From: a bacterium
GTDB taxonomy: Bacteria > Desulfobacterota > DSWW01
Assembly: GCA_040756235.1 (NCBI GenBank)
Contig: JBFLZG010000101.1
Location: forward strand, 1 to 38,523
Direction of reading: 5' to 3'
Length of the DNA: 38,523 bases
How positions within the stretch are numbered: position 1 is the stretch's first letter; each line of letters opens with the position of its first letter. The translations under genes were made by a program, and so were the position numbers. This document shows positions 34,769 through 38,523 of this stretch, piece by piece. The notes under the pieces were generated by a model. That model worked only from the letters and a program-made list of their open reading frames with translations, was not told the DNA's origin and did not search any database.

Positions 34769-35548
34769 GTGGGGAAAAGGCAACAGAACAGGAGAAGCGA
34801 GATTCTTCAGGGCAAGGTTCCGAACTACTTTCTGATTGAGTCTCTGATTCGACATAAGATCCTCAACGGTCAGCTTGAACCGGGGGAAAGACTTCCGCCG
34901 GAGATTGCGCTGGCTTCAGAGTTCAGCGTGAACCGGATCACGGTTCGGTCCGCCATGACCAACCTGAAGTCAGAGAAGTTGATCACCAGGGGGAGGGGCA
35001 AGGGAACCTTTGTCGCCCGACACATTCCGGTGTCGAAGCAGGTGATCGTGACCAGTGGCGAAAGGACATTTGTCGCGTCCACCAAGCAATACAAGATCAA
35101 AGCCCTGGGGATCGAGACGAGAAGGGTCAACCAGTCACGCATCGCCAGGGAGTTGAGAGAATTCTTCGCTATCAGCAACGATCACTCGATCAGCATCGTC
35201 CGCAGGCTACGGGCTGCGCAAAGAACTCCAGTGATGCTGACCGAGAACCATATCCTTCCGGAAACGGCCGGGAAGCTGGATGTCAACGATCTTCACGGGA
35301 AGCCCTTTCTGGAGATTGCAAAATCCAAAATGGGGGTAACGATCGGACGCACCGAGGGGTACCTGGAAGCCGTTGCGGCCGACCCCGATATAGCGGAGTC
35401 GCTGCACTACCCTATGTTCGCGCCTCTCTTCCTCATTTGGGTTTACGTCTGGCTACCGAATGGAGAGCCGTTCGAGATATCCACCACGTACATGAGGACA
35501 GATTATTTCAAGTTCAAGATCGTGACGGAGCATGACGGAGACGGTTAG
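34769..35548 (+). CDS. GntR family transcriptional regulator, HutC subfamily (wHTH plus UTRA)
   Basis: PGERLPPEIALASEFSVNRITVRSAM..RGRGKGTFV; UTRA-like C-terminus; GTG start with GGAGG RBS. Confidence 0.92.
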   Translation: MGKRQQNRRSEILQGKVPNYFLIESLIRHKILNGQLEPGERLPPEIALASEFSVNRITVRSAMTNLKSEKLITRGRGKGTFVARHIPVSKQVIVTSGERTFVASTKQYKIKALGIETRRVNQSRIARELREFFAISNDHSISIVRRLRAAQRTPVMLTENHILPETAGKLDVNDLHGKPFLEIAKSKMGVTIGRTEGYLEAVAADPDIAESLHYPMFAPLFLIWVYVWLPNGEPFEISTTYMRTDYFKFKIVTEHDGDG

Positions 35549-35836
35549 CACCTCGGGCGAGAGCGAGATCGGTCTACCGGGAAGAAGCATCCTACCTCGG
35601 ATCCCTCATCGCCGCGCTCATAAAGGAGACCGGCACATTCTGGTCGGGCCACTCCACTACCCACACGCAAGCGGCCGCACCCTGGCCAATGAGAACCAAG
35701 CAGGAGGAAGTCGAACGTCTTATGGCAGAGGCATTCGACGCGCTGGACAAGTCCCAAATCAAAGCTGCATTCCAATTACAGTAAAGGCGGAAATGGAACG
35801 TCCGAACAGGCTCCGACTCACCGCGAGGAGACACGC

Positions 35837-36637
35837 ATGTCGGAAACCGAGGTCCTGAAGAGAGAGGTGAGGGGAAATGTGGGAACGGTCGTCTTCAACC
35901 GCCCGGAGCGGAAGAACGCGCTTTCGCCCGATATGCTGGTGAAGCTCCATCTCACGCTGAAGGAGTGGGCCGAAGGAGACGCGGTCCGGGCCGTGGTCGT
36001 CACCGGGGGAGAGGGAAAGGTCTTCTCGTCCGGCTACGACATCCTCTCCATCCCCACGAGCGTGACCGAGGAGGAGAAGGAGCTGCTCAAGCAGGCCAAT
36101 CCCCTGGAGCTGGCCTTGCGCTCGGTCAAGAACTACCCCTACCCGACGATCGCCATGGTAAACGGATACGTCTTCGGCGGCGCCCTCAATCTCTGCATGT
36201 GCTGCGACCTTCGGATCGCGGCCGACGACATCAAGGCCGGCATGCCGCCGGCCAAGCTGGGCCTCGTCTATCACCCGGAGGGGCTCAAGCAGTTCATCGA
36301 AGTCCTGGGGATGGCCAGGACCCGGGAAGTCTTCTTCACGGGCAGAACCTACGAGGGTCGGGAGATCCTCGAGATGGGGCTGGTCGACCGCCTGGTGCCG
36401 CGCTCCGAGCTCGCGGCCGCCACCTACCGGATCGCGGAGGAGATCGCGGGCAACGCTCCGCTCTCGCTCAAGGGGAGCAAGCGGATCCTCAACATGCTCG
36501 CCGCCGCCCCGCAGCTGAACGCCGAGGATCTTCAGGAGGCGGAGCGGATCATCACCGAAGCGTTCAACAGCGCGGACCTGAAGGAAGGACAGACCGCCTT
36601 CCTGGAGAAACGGAAGCCCAGGTTCATCGGACGGTGA
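35837..36637 (+). CDS. Crotonase-superfamily protein lacking catalytic glutamates (ScpB-like acyl-CoA decarboxylase candidate)
   Basis: NRPERKNALS, KVFSSGYDI, GYVFGGALN, MPPAKLGLVY, EGQTAFLEKRKPRF; GAGGAG RBS. Confidence 0.88.
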   Translation: MSETEVLKREVRGNVGTVVFNRPERKNALSPDMLVKLHLTLKEWAEGDAVRAVVVTGGEGKVFSSGYDILSIPTSVTEEEKELLKQANPLELALRSVKNYPYPTIAMVNGYVFGGALNLCMCCDLRIAADDIKAGMPPAKLGLVYHPEGLKQFIEVLGMARTREVFFTGRTYEGREILEMGLVDRLVPRSELAAATYRIAEEIAGNAPLSLKGSKRILNMLAAAPQLNAEDLQEAERIITEAFNSADLKEGQTAFLEKRKPRFIGR

Positions 36638-36694
36638 CACCTTCTGCCGGCCTGGGGCCCACGCGTGTGCCGCGGGGCGATTTCACGGATCTTT

Positions 36695-36718
36695 GTAGGG
36701 GCGACGCATGCGTCGCCC
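36695..36718 (+). repeat. GTAG-type REP palindrome
   Basis: GTAG-GGGCGACGCATGCGTCGCCC. Confidence 0.7.
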
Positions 36719-36814
36719 TCCCCGCGATCGAGCCGCGGCCTATGGGCTGGGGCACCCGAGTCATGCAGTGACAGGACACCTACACTCAGAAAACCCTCGG
36801 ATGGAGCGAGGCTC

Positions 36815-38395
36815 ATGTCGGTCGTGTGGGACGTAGGACAGATCACCCGCAAGCGGGCGCAGCTCACCCCGAACAAGACCGCCATCCTCTTCGAGGATCA
36901 GCCGATCACTTACCGCGAGCTCGACGAGCGCGTGAACCGCTGCGCGCACCTGCTGCAGAGAAAGGGCATGCGCAAGGGCGACCGGCTTGCAGTGGTGCTC
37001 CTCAACTGCCTCGAGTTCCTCGAATCCTATTTCGCAGCGGCCAAGCTCGGCGTGATCTTCGTGCCCCTCAACTGGCGCCTGGCGCCGCCCGAGCTGGAGT
37101 ACCAGCTGAGGGACTGCGGGGCCCGGATGCTGCTGTTCCACGACTCCTTCGTGGCCGGCCTGGATGCGATCCGGAAGAGCCTTCCCGTGGAACCGGACAA
37201 GTTCCTGTACTTGCGGAGCGGGAGCCCTGCCCTGCCCGGGTTCTCGCTGCCCGGCTGCCCGACCTGGGCCGAGGACTACCAGGGGCTGGTCGCGGATCTG
37301 CCGGCCGTGGAGCCGGCCCCGGCGGCTGCGGTCGAGCTCGACGACCCGCTCGCGATCCTTTACACCTCGGGCGTTACCGGCAACCCGAAGGGCGCCGTCC
37401 TCTCCCATCAGCAGACCTTTTTCAAGAACTTCCAGATCGGTTCCTACATGGGCTCCCGGGACGACGACGTGCTCGTGGCCCAGATCCCTCTGTTCCATTC
37501 GGCCGGCCTGTTCATCGTCTCCACGCCTGCCCTGTGCGGCGGCATGACCATGGTCATGCGCAGAGGGTTCGATCCCAACGAATTTGCGCTCGACGTCGAG
37601 CGCTACCGCGGAACGATCATTTTCGCCATGACGACCATGTGGCGCATGGTGCTGGAGACCGGCAAGCTCGATCGGATCGACCTGTCGAGCGTGCGTTGCG
37701 TCGCCGGGGGCGGAGAGAAGACGCCCCCGAAGCTCATCGAGGAGCTCGCCAAGCGAGGGCTCTACATGCAGCAGGGCTTCGGCCAGACCGAGAACTCGGC
37801 CATGACGATGCTGCCCAAGGAAGACGTGTTCCGGAAGATGGGCTCGATCGGCAAGCCCGGCTTCTTCACCGAGATCTGGATCGAGGGGCCCGACGGCCGG
37901 AGGCTGCCGCCGGGCGAGATCGGTGAGATCGTGGCCCGCGGGCCCACCGTCATGACCGGCTACTGGAACCTGCCGGAGAAGACGGCCCAGGCGATCGTGC
38001 ACGGCGTGCTCCGCACCGGGGACTTGGGCTACACGGACGAGGAAGGCTACTTCTACATCGTGGACCGGGCCAAGGACATGTACCGGAGCGGGGCCGAAAA
38101 CGTCTATCCCGCCGAGGTGGAGAAGATCCTCGGCAGCCATCCGAAGGTCTCCAACGTGGCGATCATCGGCGTGCCGGACGAGAAGTGGGGCGAGGCCGGA
38201 ATGGCGTTCATCGTGCCCGCGCCGGGACAGACGATCACGGAAGAAGAAGTGCGCGAGTACCTGAGGGACAAGGTCGCCCGGTTCAAGCATCCCAAGCACG
38301 TCCGGTTCCTCACCGAGCTGCCCCTCACGGCCACGATGAAGGTCAAGAAGGCCGAGCTCAAGGCCAGGTACGGGAGGCCTCACGCAACGCCCTGA
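36815..38395 (+). CDS. Acyl-CoA synthetase / AMP-dependent ligase (FadD/MenE-like)
   Basis: YTSGVTGNPKG, GFGQTE, RTGDLG, DRAKDMYRSGAENVYPAEVE, LPLTATMKVKK; ATG 36815 with GGAG RBS (longer ORF start runs through a REP). Confidence 0.9.
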   Translation: MSVVWDVGQITRKRAQLTPNKTAILFEDQPITYRELDERVNRCAHLLQRKGMRKGDRLAVVLLNCLEFLESYFAAAKLGVIFVPLNWRLAPPELEYQLRDCGARMLLFHDSFVAGLDAIRKSLPVEPDKFLYLRSGSPALPGFSLPGCPTWAEDYQGLVADLPAVEPAPAAAVELDDPLAILYTSGVTGNPKGAVLSHQQTFFKNFQIGSYMGSRDDDVLVAQIPLFHSAGLFIVSTPALCGGMTMVMRRGFDPNEFALDVERYRGTIIFAMTTMWRMVLETGKLDRIDLSSVRCVAGGGEKTPPKLIEELAKRGLYMQQGFGQTENSAMTMLPKEDVFRKMGSIGKPGFFTEIWIEGPDGRRLPPGEIGEIVARGPTVMTGYWNLPEKTAQAIVHGVLRTGDLGYTDEEGYFYIVDRAKDMYRSGAENVYPAEVEKILGSHPKVSNVAIIGVPDEKWGEAGMAFIVPAPGQTITEEEVREYLRDKVARFKHPKHVRFLTELPLTATMKVKKAELKARYGRPHATP

Positions 38396-38499
38396 GGCCA
38401 ATATGGCCATACGCCCCTACCGGTCACGGACGAGCGGCGTGAGCACTCGGTAGGGTGGACAAAGCCGCAGGCGTGTCCACCAACCACGGTGGACATACG
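38396..38499. repeat. GTAG-type REP cluster
   Basis: ..ATGGCCATACGCCCCTAC (ends 38420, reverse REP) and GTAGGGTGGACAAAGCCGCAGGCGTGTCCACC (38450-38481), followed by GGTGGACATACGC. Confidence 0.6.
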
Positions 38500-38523
38500 C
38501 AGACCGGGAGCGAGCCGGTGTGC

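Overview
High-GC, gene-dense window from what looks like an anaerobic bacterium (Desulfobacterota/deltaproteobacterial style; this is inference). Left to right: (1) minus-strand operon of acyl-CoA ligase, SDR, a split B12-dependent acyl-CoA mutase with a strongly non-canonical active site, and its B12-binding subunit; (2) plus-strand OprB-like porin and a CbiM(N)QO/NikMNQO Ni/Co ECF transporter; (3) minus-strand anaerobic ergothioneine locus with a Mo/W-pterin enzyme fused to a cysteine desulfurase (MES-type), a betaine-type ABC transporter and an EgtD-type histidine trimethylase; (4) a single-chain fusion of an ATP-dependent activator with a 2-hydroxyacyl-CoA dehydratase-type subunit; (5) a ~16-19 kb divergent catabolic cluster. 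Its left arm holds a second split MCM-like mutase, ALDH and SDR. Its right arm holds a DmsC/NrfD anchor, a Mo-bisPGD enzyme, a 4Fe-4S subunit, LeuC-like, a second ALDH and SDR, LeuD-like, an ICL/dimethylmalate-lyase family enzyme and a GntR/UTRA regulator whose likely operator is visible at the divergent promoter; (6) a Glu-less ScpB-like crotonase and another CoA ligase. A dispersed MITE family and REP-like palindromes fill intergenic spaces. No rRNA, tRNA, CRISPR or transposase was seen. All calls come from motif reading by eye; no searches were run.
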